Origin: Stegostoma tigrinum
Lineage: Eukaryota
Length of the DNA stretch: 64,000 nt
Assembly (NCBI RefSeq): GCF_030684315.1
Contig: NC_081387.1
Span: forward strand, 26,654,647 to 26,718,646
Direction: 5' to 3'
Numbering within the stretch: the stretch's first letter is position 1; each line of letters opens with the position of its first letter. The position numbers and the translations under genes are program-made. Positions 52,951 through 64,000 of this stretch are shown here, piece by piece. The notes beneath the pieces are model-generated. The model saw only the letters and a list, made by a program, of their open reading frames with translations, did not search any database and had not been told where the DNA came from.

Positions 52951-54842
52951 TAACATCAGACTGCCTAATTCACTAAATGTGGAGGAAATCTGTTGTTCAC
53001 ACCTTGTCTGGCCTACATGTAGCCCCACAGTTGGTTCACCCTAAAAATGCTGAGCAAGCACTAAGAAGGGGCAATTAGAGATGGTTGTAAAATGCTGGCT
53101 TAGCAGGAAGAAGACCATGAAAAAAATAAAGAATTCCGTCTGACTGGATCCTCATGGTATGTCATTCTGTTTCCTTCCTTGCTGCTAATGAACTTTAAGG
53201 CTGTTACTACTGTCATATTGAACTCAGTGCTTCAGAAATACTGTGGCTTTAGAGAATGGCCTGAACGTTCCAAACGAGTTAAAACCTGACACCAGTGAAC
53301 GTTAAAATTGTGCTCAGAGATAATGGGAACTGCAGATGCTGGAGAATCCAAGATAACAAAGTGTGGGGCTGGATGTTTGTTTTTCTGTTGAAGGGTCGTG
53401 GGGAGCTGTGGGTGATCCTCTTTCGTGAGGGTCTGGACGGAGAAACGTTGATCGTGGATCTTGCATTTAAGCAAGTATTGCTGAGAACACAGCATTTGCC
53501 CATTATTCCTAGTGCATCCTGCCTGATATTGAACTCCGCTGTAGTTCTGCAAACGGGCGACGCTAACATCAATTTCACACGACAGCCCAAGATGAATTAA
53601 GTCGCATCCACCAGCTCCACACCCATCCCCGCGTTCCCCCTCCCAATTCACCCCATTCTGACACATCTGTTCCCCTTTGACAAAAGCCTTGGGGAAAGAG
53701 ATCGATGAATAAGGCGCTTAACAGTTTATTCTCCGCTTCTGTAACTTGCCCGGGTTTCCTGTGTCGCTGAAAGGAAAACCTATGTAGTAAACCTTCAGAC
53801 AGAAAAAAATTATTGTCTGGAAAGAAAACTTCCTGCTGAATTACTTTTAAATCATCAGGATCTGACTTTTAATTCCAATTCTTTTAATAAAATGCATTTA
53901 TTTTGATACCAAAACTTATGAATAAACTTCAAACACAAAAGATCCAGTTTAGTATACTTTTAAGCAACACGCAATGACACCTCTGGAGCAGATGAGACTT
54001 GAACCCCGGGCCTCCTGGCCAGGATCCAGTTTGATCATAACCGTTGAAGTCCTGGTGGGCGGACCCTGACGTTGCATTTCAGACACCTTGGCAAATTGGT
54101 GCAGACATTGCGAAGGGGTTCTCCAGGAGAGTTGCCCCCTATGCGCAGAGAGAAATGAAGAACTAATCGATCCCGGTCAGTTTGGAAATGACGTCCAGTG
54201 GATCTGATCTGATTACGAATTTGAGCGCAAGGTATATATGTAATGCGAAGCTGCGACTGGAAAAGACCAAAAACCTCCAAAATTATAGCAACATTAAGAC
54301 ACCCCAGAACGCTTTCCAAACAAAAATTTTTTTTCAGGCCAGTCTCTGGCTGCGTCGGAAGCGGGTCGACTACAAATTTCAACTGCCCTTCAAATATTGA
54401 AAGGGAACATTTAATGACATTGCAGTGCTCCGATGTGGCGCCTTATTTCACGCATTTATTCCTGTTTTGGCGCATTTGTCAGAAATCATTGTCATGTACT
54501 TTGAAGTATATTATGACTGATGAGCCGTAAAAGTATTTCTAAAAGTTTATTTTACAGCAGTATTTTAAGTGCAATTTTACACACACCTCATAGCAAGGAC
54601 ATTCGTAAAAAACTCAAGTTCCGTTAAAGTCGCCCAAACGTTGTTACTAATTAGAATAGAGATAGGCCTCGCACTCCCAAGCACCAGCGAGGGCGAGAAG
54701 TGTCATGCGACTCCATCTGTAAGGCTCGCTAACAAGCCGGTGGATGGCGTAAAACCGGGTAATAGTTAATGATGCAATGACATGGAAATGTGATGTATTA
54801 TAAATAGCGCTTCTTGGGAAAACCGGGATAAGTTTGAAATTG

Positions 54843-55034
54843 AGATAACGAAGTGTGGAGCTGGATGAACACAGCAGGCCAAGCAGCATCTTAGGAGCAC
54901 AAAAGCTGACATGAAGGTTCTAGGCCCGAAACGTCAGCTTTTGTGCTCCTGAGATGCTGCTTAGCCTGCTGTGTTCATCCAGCCTCACATTTTATTATCT
55001 TGGAATCTCCAGCATCTGCAGTTCCCATTATCTC
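54843..55034. mobile_element. Short Penelope-type inverted-pair insertion with a perfect 14-bp TSD
   Basis: TAAGTTTGAAATTG at 54829-54842 and 55035-55048. Confidence 0.8.
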
Positions 55035-55104
55035 TAAGTTTGAAATTGGACTGGTCAACTTTCCAATGGTAACGGAACTGCCTCTGATCAGCATTCACTG
55101 ATTG

Positions 55105-55390
55105 CGAGGCTGGAAAATCACGGCAGGTCTGACAGCATCAGAAGAGCAGGAAAGTCAACTTTTCAGGCTGAAACCCTTCGTCAGGACTGGGGAGGGAGAG
55201 AGACGAGCCTAGGAATAAATAGGGAGAAGGAGGTAGGGCTGGGGCAAGGATAGGAGAGATGGGTGATTAGTAGGGGGTTATTGTGAATTGTCCAGGGGAA
55301 GGGTGGAGCGGTTAAGGGAGTAGGGAAACGGAGAGGTTTGGTCAGGTCAGGAGGGGGAGGACTGGACATGGGATTAAGGCTGGGGTGAAG
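55105..55390 (-). mobile_element. Penelope-like 3' UTR / terminal repeat fragment
   Basis: Purine-rich tract (pyrimidine-rich on minus) ending in a hammerhead-like core. Confidence 0.55.
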
Positions 55391-56399
55391 GGATTTTGAA
55401 GCTGGTGAGGCCAATGATAAGGCCATTGCGCTGTAAGCTTCCATGGCGAAATATCAGCTACTCCTCTAATGCCGCCTGTCCCGCTATGCTTTTCCGGCCT
55501 CACACCTACTGAGCCTGGCTTTCAGCATTTCAGTCCTTACTGTCACCAAGTCACTGATTCACTCTTGTTCTTCAGGCTTGTTCCTGCTCGTAACACGATT
55601 GAGACCAGAACTTTGGGAAGTTGGGAGGTGTAGGATTTGAGTTTGGCCGATTTGTTAAAAGGCCATGCTCACCGTTTTCGATATTCTCATCTACATTTCA
55701 AAGAACATTAGGCAACGTGTCCTTTTTAATTGACACAAGCTGAGAGAAGACCAGTGCAGTCTCTGAACCGGGATGGTTGGAGGAATCTGAGATCTGGCGG
55801 AAAGAAATTAACTCCAGTCTGAAGATAAAAATGATAGTGAAACAAAATTAAACTGACAAATGTTCTGGCTTGAGTCGAACGGCTTTTTAAAAGCGAATAA
55901 TAAACCAGTTTTTTTTCTGCAACTGGCCATTCCCTTCCCCAACTCCCCCTAAGCATGTGAAAAAGGCTACAATCGCCGTCTCTGGATTGATACAAACTGG
56001 AAATGTCCGGACCGGACATTGGTCTGCTCCGATCGATTTAGCGGAGGCGGTGATGTCGGCCCGGCCTCTCACCGCGTCGCGCTCCCTGCGGCTTTCTCCT
56101 CCGGACTCCAACCAGACCCGACTCAGGGTCCGTCCTCTGCCTTGCCAGCCCTCTCATCACCCTCCTCTCCTCACATACCAGACGCACATACGCAGTTTGG
56201 TGGAATGGCCATCTCTCTTCCCCTCAAACCTATCCAGCAGAGTGAAAAGCGGAAGAGCAGGGTCGATGGTGTGGGTTTGGTGAGAGCCTGGGTGGATTGC
56301 ATTGGGGTTGTGGCAATGAAGCAGAATGAGAAAACGAAAGACCTGGGGAGAACCACGGAGCGTGTCAGAGTTTTAAACAGGGAGAAAAAGGCCTTTTGG

Positions 56400-57100
56400 T
56401 CCCTCGTGTCTGCGCTGGTCATCAACATCCCTTATATCCCAGCACTTGGCCTCTTGTCTTGTATACCATTACACTTCAAGCGTTCATCTAAATTCTTGTG
56501 GAATGTTGTAATGGTTTCTGCTTCTAATCAGGCAGTGAGTTCCAGATACCTGTCACTCTCTGGGTATGGGGCATATTTTCCCCTCAAAATTCACTCCAAG
56601 GACCCTGCTCCTTTCCTTAAATCTATGTCCCCTGATTACTGACGGCCTTCCTAAGAGGGAAATTTTTTCCCTATCTACCGTGTCCAGGCACCTCAGAACT
56701 TTGTGCACCTCAACAAGAACTTCCCCCCCCCACCACCACCCCCCCCCCCCCCAGCTTGAGGAAAACGACCCAAGTCAATGCAACAAAGTGTGGAGCTGGA
56801 TGAACACAGCAGGCCAAGCAGCATCTCAAGACCACAAAAGCTGACGTTTCGGGCCTAGACCCTTCATCAGAGTCAATGTACTCTGACTTTATTGCTGAAT
56901 CGCTCTAATGCAGGCAACATCCTGGCGAGTCTTCACTGAATCCTCCTTGAATCGTTCCTATTGATTGGAGACCAGAACTGTACACAGCACTTCAACCGTG
57001 GCCTAACAAACAGTATGCACAGCTCCATGATAGCCTCCTTGTTACCGTACTCAATGCCTCGAATAATGTATAATATCCCTCCTACATGCGTTCTTAACAA
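56400..57100 (-). mobile_element. CR1-type 3' fragment interrupted by a Penelope-type repeat (56781-56870)
   Basis: LFVRPRLKCCVQFWSP motif; AGTCAATG duplicated at 56773 and 56871. Confidence 0.7.
56841..56872 (-). ncRNA. Minimal hammerhead ribozyme-like core in a Penelope-type repeat
   Basis: CUGAUGA-A-GGGU(CUAG)GCCC-GAAA-CGU-C with palindromic ACGU; stem I only about 2 bp. Confidence 0.5.
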
Positions 57101-57125
57101 CTGTCCCGCTGAAGAAAGCATGTGG

Positions 57126-57207
57126 GTGGGGCGGGCGGTGATAACTGGCCACAGAGAGAGGGTGGGGCGGAAGTTGGCACCTCTCCGTCCGCCTTTGCCC
57201 TATAAAA
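57126..57207 (+). promoter_or_regulatory. H1-D promoter: GC boxes, HINFP/H4-box motif, TATA
   Basis: GGGGCGG twice; CGTCCGC 57186-57192, N8, TATAAAA 57201. Confidence 0.75.
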
Positions 57208-57411
57208 GACGCCGCTTCGGGCCGTCGCCCCTTCAGTTTCAGCTGCGATTGGTGGCGGAGGCTGGAACAGAAGCAGAGCGAGCGACCGAGGCAAGTGGGA
57301 GCGACGCAAGAGAGCGAGAGCGGGCAAGAGCTGGAACCGCCCTTTCTCCCTCTTGGGTCCTTTCTCTTGAGACCCTTCTCTTTCTGAATTGCTCCATCCT
57401 AAGCTGCGAGC

Positions 57412-58260
57412 ATGACTGACAGCAGCCAGAAGGTGGAAGATGTGGCGGATCTGAGCGTCGACAAGGCAATTGCCCGCAAGAAGAAGCAGTACTCGCCGCT
57501 CCGCTCCCCGCAGCGCCGTAAGAAGACGGGCCCCACCGTCACCCAGCGTATCCTGCAGGTAGCTGCCGCCACCAAGGATCGGCGCGGAATCTCTCTGCCC
57601 GCCCTCAAGAAGGCTCTGTCGGCCAAGGGCTACGACGTGAGCCGCAATAACACGCGGGTCAACCAAGCGGTCAAGAGCCTGGTGCGCAACGGCTCTTTGG
57701 TGCAGACGGCGGGCATCGGAGCTTCGGGCTCGTTCCGCTTCAATCGTTCTCGCACCCGCGCTGACACTCCGGCACTGGGCTTAGGGGGACCGGGAGGACA
57801 AGGCGGCGGCAGCAGCCTTGCTGCGGCTTCCGCCTCGGCCAAGGAGGAAACCGGCGGCGGCGCCGCCTCCGCCCTCAAGAAGAAAAGTTCGGTCGCCAAA
57901 GCTACAGCTACCTCGTCCAAGAAGTCAACCCACGCGAAGAGCTCGGCCACCAAGAAGGGACGAGGGGCGGCCGTCGCCAAGCGGCGGAAAGCAGCGCCCG
58001 CCAAGCCCAGAAAGGCCACGCCATCGGCTCGTCGCAAACTCAAGGCCACCGCCCGGCGACCCAGCCGTGGCAAGGCCGGCGGAGCGGCGCGTCTTTACCG
58101 CAAGAACAAGCCGCTCCGTCTCGGCAGCGGCAGGAAGGGGATGTCCGGGCCAAACATGCGGCGCCGGCGACCGCCCGGAGGTAAACCCAAAAGACCGGTA
58201 GGGCGCCCGAGGAAATATTCGACCTTCGCGGCTAAGAGAAGCTGCTACTCCCGGCGGTAA
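57412..58260 (+). CDS. H1: Divergent histone H1-like protein D (282 aa)
   Basis: GPTVTQRILQVAAATKDRRGISLPALKKALSAKGYDVSRNNTRVNQAVKSLVRNGSLVQTAGIGASGSFRFN globular domain; long Lys/Arg/Ala tail. Confidence 0.92.
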   Translation: MTDSSQKVEDVADLSVDKAIARKKKQYSPLRSPQRRKKTGPTVTQRILQVAAATKDRRGISLPALKKALSAKGYDVSRNNTRVNQAVKSLVRNGSLVQTAGIGASGSFRFNRSRTRADTPALGLGGPGGQGGGSSLAAASASAKEETGGGAASALKKKSSVAKATATSSKKSTHAKSSATKKGRGAAVAKRRKAAPAKPRKATPSARRKLKATARRPSRGKAGGAARLYRKNKPLRLGSGRKGMSGPNMRRRRPPGGKPKRPVGRPRKYSTFAAKRSCYSRR

Positions 58261-58308
58261 GCAAGTTGAGCAAACCGTGAAGAACAGTCTTAATTACTTG
58301 AACACAAA

Positions 58309-58324
58309 GGCTCTTTTCAGAGCC
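58309..58324 (+). terminator. Histone stem-loop of H1-D
   Basis: CAAA-GGCTCTTTTCAGAGCC-ACCGC; HDE-like AAACGGAGCTG. Confidence 0.95.
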
Positions 58325-58815
58325 ACCGCAACTGCCAAAACGGAGCTGACTACGAAAGTTGGCGATTATTTCCTTTAGCACATAGCTTTAGAAAATCAAC
58401 GCAGATACCTTAAAAATACATATATTTTTCTAAAAATAAAGCCATTTAATAAATCATCTGTCGGCGCATTTGTTCTGACTTGGTGATTAAAGGCACGGCG
58501 AGTAAGAGTTAAATAGTACAAATTTTACAAATTTGGAGTCGGGAATCATTCACTTTAGTCTGGTTTGAATTGCCTTCGCCGCTCCTTTCACAACGAGCGT
58601 GTTATTTTTGTTTCAATTCCGGATGAGAACACTTCGAATATCCTGATTGTAGGACTCCGAACGTGAGCTTTTAAACGTGGGATCAGACTCAAATCTCCCT
58701 AACTTCTCCCGGTTCAGTTCATGATTTTTTTTCTCTCCCTCCAGATGCTGCCTGGTATGAGTGTTTCCAGCATCGGCGAATTTCAAGATTTCTACATAAG
58801 TGCTGACAGGTTTAG

Positions 58816-59031
58816 AGATAATGGGAACTGCAGATGCTGGAGAATCCGAGATAACAAAGTGTGGGGCTGGATGAACACAGCAGGCCAAGCAGCATCTCAG
58901 GAGCACCAAAGCTGACGTTTCAGGCCTAGACCCTTCATCAGAAAAAGGTCTAGGCCCGAAACGTCAGCTTTTGTGCTCCTGAGATGCTGCGTGGCCTGCT
59001 GTGTTCATCCAACTTCACACTTTGTTATCTC
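58816..59031. mobile_element. Short Penelope-type inverted-pair insertion
   Basis: Inverted arms; TSD tgctgacaggtttag 58801-58815 / tgctaacaggtttag 59032-59046. Confidence 0.8.
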
Positions 59032-59377
59032 TGCTAACAGGTTTAGGCTGTTTTTATTCACTCCTGGGATGTGGGCTTCGATGGCTTTATTGTCCGACCG
59101 TATTTGCCATTGAGGAGATAGCTGAGCTCTCTTCCGGAACTGCTAAATCTGTACCAAGCATTTCACCCAAATGCTGAATACTCTACTAGCTTTTTTCCCC
59201 TTAGGATTTCTGTTTTGAGTGTCGGTTTCTCAAAAAACCTGGTTGAGTTGATAATGCTCGAGTCACTGGATCAGTCAAGGAACAAACGAAAGGAAGCAAT
59301 TGCTGAGCAGATACCTTCAGCTTTGCAAATATAACGGATGGGAAAGGGGGCATGAAGGCGAATTTGTATGTTGTTCA

Positions 59378-62300
59378 AAGAACCAAGAAACCTACAGCAC
59401 AGGAACAGGCCCTTCGTTCCTCCAAGCCTGCGCCGATCAAGATCCTCTGTCTAACCTGTCATCTATTTTCTAACGGTCTGTGTCCATTTGCTCCCTGCCC
59501 ATCCAAGTACCTGTCCAAATATATCTTAAAAGACGCTAACGTGTCTGCGTCTACCACCTCTGCTGGCAACGCATTCCAGGTGCCCACCACCCTCTGTGTA
59601 AAGAACTTTCCATGTATATCTCCCTTAAACTTTCCTCCTCTCACTTTGAACTCATGACCCCTAGTAATTGAATCCCCTACTCTGGGAAAAAGCTTCTTGC
59701 TATCCACCCTGTCTATACCCCTCATGATTTTGTAGACCTCAATCAGGTCCACCCTCAATCTCCATTTTTCTAATGAAAATAACCTAATCTACTCAACCTC
59801 TCTTCATAGCTAGCACCCTCCATACCAGGCAACATCCTGGTGAACCTCCTCTGCACCCTCTCCAAAGCATCCACATCCTTTTGGTAATGTGGCGACCAGA
59901 ACTGTACACAGTACTCCAAATGTGGCCGAACCAAAGTTCTATACAATTGCAACATGACCTGCCAACTCTTGTACTCAATACCCCGCCCAATGAAGGAAAG
60001 TATGCCATATGCCTTCTTGACCACCCTATTGACCTGCGTTGTCACCTTCAGGGAACAATGGACCTGAATACCCAGATCTCTCAGTGCATCAATTTTCCCG
60101 AGGACTTTTCCATTTACTGTATAGTTCGCCCTTGAATTAGATCTTCCAAAATGCATCACATCACAGTTGCCCGGATTGAACTCCATCTGCCATTTATCTG
60201 CCCAACTCTCCAGTCTATCTATATTCTGCTGTAATTTCTGACAGTCCCCTTCACTATCAGCTACTCCACCAATCATAGTGTCATCAGCAAACTTGCTGAT
60301 CAGACCACCTACACCTTGCTCCAGATCATTTACATATATCACAAACAACAGTGGTCCCAGCACAGATCCCTGTGGAACACTACTGGTCACAGGTCTCCAA
60401 TTTGAGAAACTCCCTTCTACTACTACTCTCTGTCTCCTGTTGCCCAGCCAGTTTTTATCCATCTTGCTAGCACTCCCTGGGCCCCATGTGACATCACTTT
60501 CTCCATCGGCCTGCCATGGGGAACCTTATCAAACACCTTACTGAAGTCCATGTCTATTATATCTACAGCCTTTACCTCATCAATCAACTTTGTCACGTCC
60601 TCAAAGGATTCTATTAAGTTGGTAAGACATGACCTTTCCTGCATAAAACCATGTTGCCTATCACTGATAAGCCCATTTTCTTCCAAATGGGAATAGATCC
60701 TATCCCTCAGTGACTTCTCCAGTAGCTTCCCTACCACTGACGTCAGGCTCACCGGTCGCTAACTACCTGGATTATCCTTGCTGCCCTTCTTAAACAACGG
60801 GACAACATTAGCAAGTCTCCGGTCCTCTGGGACCTCACCCTTGTCCAAGGATGCTGCAAAGATATCTGTTAGGGCCCCGGCTATTTCCTCTCTCGTTTGC
60901 CTCATTAACCTGGGATAGATCCCATCCAGACCTGGGGGCTTGTCCACCTTAATGTCTTTTAGGATACCTAACACTTCCTCCTTCCTTATGTCAACTTGAC
61001 CTAGAGTATGCAAACATCTATCCCTAACCTCAACATCCGTCATGTCCCTCTCCTTGGTGAATGCCGATGCAAAGTGCTCGTTAAGAATGTCACCCATTTT
61101 CTCTGACTCAGCACATAACTTTCGCTTCTTTGTCCTTAAGTGGGCCAATCCTTTCTCTAGTTACCCTCTTGCTCTTTATATATGAATAAAAGGCTTTGGG
61201 ATTTTCCTTAACCATGTTTGCCAGCAATATCTCATGTCCTCTCTTAGCCCTCTTAATCCCTTTTTTCAGATTCGCTCTACATTCCAGATATTCTTGCAAA
61301 GCTTCGTCTGTCTTCAGTCGCCTAGACCTCATGTACGCTTCCTTTTTTCTCTTGGCTAGTCTCACAATTTCACCTGTCATCCATGGCTCCCTAATCTTGC
61401 TTTTTCTATTCCTCATTTTCACAGGAACATGTCTCTCCTACATGCTAATCAACCTCTCCCTAAAAGCCTTCCACATATCAAATGTGGATTTACCTTCAAA
61501 CAGTTTCTCCTAATCTTGGTATAGTCGGCCTTCCTCCAATTTAGTACTGTTCCTTTAGGACCACTCCTATCCTTGTCCATGAGTATTGTAAAACTTACAG
61601 AATTGTGGTCGCTATTTCCAAAGTAGTCCCCGACTATAATATCAACCACCAGGCTGGGTTCATTCCCCAGCACCAGGTCCAGTATGGCCCCTTCCCGAGT
61701 TGGACTGCATACATACTGCTCTAGAAAACCCTCCTGGACACACCTTACAAATTCTGCTCCATCTTGACCCCTAACACTGAGTGAATCCCAGTCAATGTTG
61801 GGAAAATTAAAATCTCCCATCACCATCACCCTGTTTCTCCTACACCTTTCCATTATCTGTTTGCATATTTGTACCTCTATCTCACGCTCGCTGTTGGGAG
61901 GCCTGTAGTACAGCCCCAACATTGTTACTGCATCCTTCCTATTTCTGAGTTCCACCCATATTGCCTCACTGCTTGAGTCCTCCATGGGGCCCTCCTTCAG
62001 TGCGGCTGTGATATCCTCTTTGACCATTACTGCAACTCCTCCACCCCTTTTACCTCCCTCTCTATCCCGCCTGAAGCATCGATATCCTGGGACAATGAGT
62101 TGCCAATCATGCCCTTCCCTCAACTAAGCCTCAGTAATAGCAATAACATCATACTTCCAGGTACTGATCCAAGCACTAAGCTCATCTGCCTTATCTACTA
62201 CACTTCTCGCATTAATACAAATGTACCTCAGACCACCTGTCCCTTTGCGTTCATCATCTGCTCCCCGACTACTCTTCCCTTCGGTCACACTGACCCCATT

Positions 62301-62410
62301 ATCTAGTTCCCTACTATTCCCTTTAGTCACACTGACCCCATTATCTAGTTCCCTACTATTCCCTTTGGTCACACTGACCCCATTATCTAGTTCCCTACAG
62401 GCTTTCGTTT
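59378..62410 (-). mobile_element. Relatively young CR1/HER1-type LINE covering nearly all of ORF2 (APE endonuclease plus RT), frameshifted
   Basis: EN motifs CINARS, YDVIAITE, MGDFNFP, GNSDHN; RT motifs [29 protein letters not shown]; (ttctttg)-like 3' tail. Confidence 0.92.
62283..62398. repeat. 42-bp tandem repeat, about 2.8 copies
   Basis: ggtcacactgaccccattatctagttccctactattcccttt repeated. Confidence 0.9.
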
Positions 62411-63655
62411 CTACCTCTCTTCCGTTCCCGTGCGAGCAATTGAATAATTGACCTAGAATTAAACAATTTAACTGCAAAAGCCTCTTGAAGAAGCGAATCC
62501 AAGTTTTAGTCTTAAAACATACAGTGAGGATTGTTATCAAAACCGCAGAAGTAATTGTATAAAGAATTAAATGGGACCAAATTACATTGAAACATTTTTT
62601 AAATCGAGTTTTAAACTGCTTTGAAGTAACTGTTTGGAAGAAATCTTTGGACTCTTTATCTCTCAGGTGTTGCCACTGAATTTCCCAAGTTTTATTTTTA
62701 CTTCAGATCTTCAGTATCCACAGTATTTTGCTTTTAGCCTAACCATTAAACAGTAAAACAAATATTTTAACTGTAGGAATATTTCTTGGGCATAGACTTT
62801 AAATTCGCTGAACATTCCGAGCGAATGTAATTGATTCCCAACAGGACGCCCACGAATAGCCCAATTCATTCCCCCAAAGGAAAGTAAGCATGAGATGAGC
62901 CCTGGCAGGAATGACAGGTTTCGATGGGAAATTAGCGGATCGATACATATTACCGTGAAGTTGCAATATAGACGAAGCACGGGATTGGGTGGCGGCGAGG
63001 GGTCATAACCCGAGACTCTTTCTGCCGCGTCCACCTTGAGCTGACGCATTTTTTAGTTGTTGCTGTTTTTGTTGGGAAAGCGCATGACGAATTTGACCGG
63101 AATCTGCCTCCGTACTGCATGACTTAACGCCGTGAGTGTGTGTTCCTCATTCGAAACATCTATTGTCCAAATTCCTCACACCTACTGCACAAAGAGTACT
63201 GGCCCTGGCGTTAGCGACATCCCAGCACGAAAGACACAGGCAGAACCCACTCATGGTAGTATGAAGGTTTCCACTACCTCGGTCTCAACTCGGGGCAGAA
63301 ACACCAGCTGATGGAAATCTTGGACAAGAAGAAAGGGGTTGCTCGGCCGGAGGAGTATTAGTATCGCAACTGTGTCCCTAGTTATTGTCTCTCCCGTAAA
63401 AAGAAAATCTTTCAGTATCCACCCTGCCAAGTCCACTCGGGATTGTTTCGAGTGAGATAACTTCCAACCGTAAGATTACACCCTCAGCTCAAGCCTTAGT
63501 TGAGTGAACCTTCTCGGAATTGTACTTAGTGCAATTAGATGCTTTTTTAAATAAGGAGACTGGAATTGCTCACAATTCTCAGGTGCGATCTCACTCAGAC
63601 CCTTTGGCAGTGCATTTTTACATTCATATTCCAATACCCTTGCGATAAAATACTG

Positions 63656-63973
63656 GATAATAAAATGTGAGGCTGGATGAACACAGCAGGCCAAGCAGCA
63701 TCTCAGGAGCACAAAAGCTGATGTTTCGGGCCTAGACCCTTCATCAGAGAGGGGTATGGGGTGAAGGTTCTGGAATAAATAGGGAGAGAGGGGGAGGCGG
63801 ACCCCTCTCTCCCTATTTATTCCAGAACCATCTCCCCATCCCCTCTCTGATGAAGGGTCTAGGCCCGAAACATCAGCTTTTGTGCTCCTGGGATGCTGCT
63901 TGGCCTGCTGTGTTCATTCAGCCTCACACTTTATTATCTTGGATTCTCCAGCATCTGCAGTTCCCATTATCTC
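63656..63973. mobile_element. Penelope-type inverted-pair insertion with about 145-bp arms and a 15-bp TSD
   Basis: CGATAAAATACTGGA at 63643-63657 and 63974-63988; arms meet at about 63800. Confidence 0.8.
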
Positions 63974-64000
63974 CGATAAAATACTGGAAATGTTTTGCTT

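Noticed and set aside
55881-55895. GGCTTTTTAAAAGCG resembling a histone stem-loop
   Set aside because: One base short, imperfect stem, and no histone ORF on either strand next to it.
62283-62398. CRISPR-like array
   Set aside because: Head-to-tail repeats without spacers, in a vertebrate LINE context.
59378-62410. Active autonomous retrotransposon
   Set aside because: ORF2 is broken into several frames and no ORF1 is present.

Overview
Vertebrate genomic DNA, most likely from an elasmobranch (shark), judged from abundant HE1-type tRNA-derived SINEs, CR1/HER1-type LINE fragments and Penelope-like repeats. There are two assembly gaps (117-276, 52647-52950). The window holds a two-exon CALHM-family channel gene (292-786 joined to 4334-4963). 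It also holds a dispersed cluster of nine intronless histone genes over about 44 kb: four highly divergent, Arg-rich H1-like genes, one H4, one H3.2-type, one H2A and two H2B. Every one differs from the canonical vertebrate protein. The four H1-like genes share an HINFP/H4-box motif (C/G)GTCCGC 8-10 nt before the TATA-like box and each has paired AATAAA signals. Their histone stem-loops range from intact, to mismatched, to absorbed into the reading frame. My best candidate for an undescribed system is this variant-histone and protamine-like H1 cluster, possibly germline-related and caught switching from stem-loop to poly(A) 3' processing (inference). A second theme is a family of short Penelope-derived insertions that carry minimal hammerhead-ribozyme cores, often as inverted pairs with 13-17 bp target-site duplications. 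Repeat boundaries are approximate and were read by eye.
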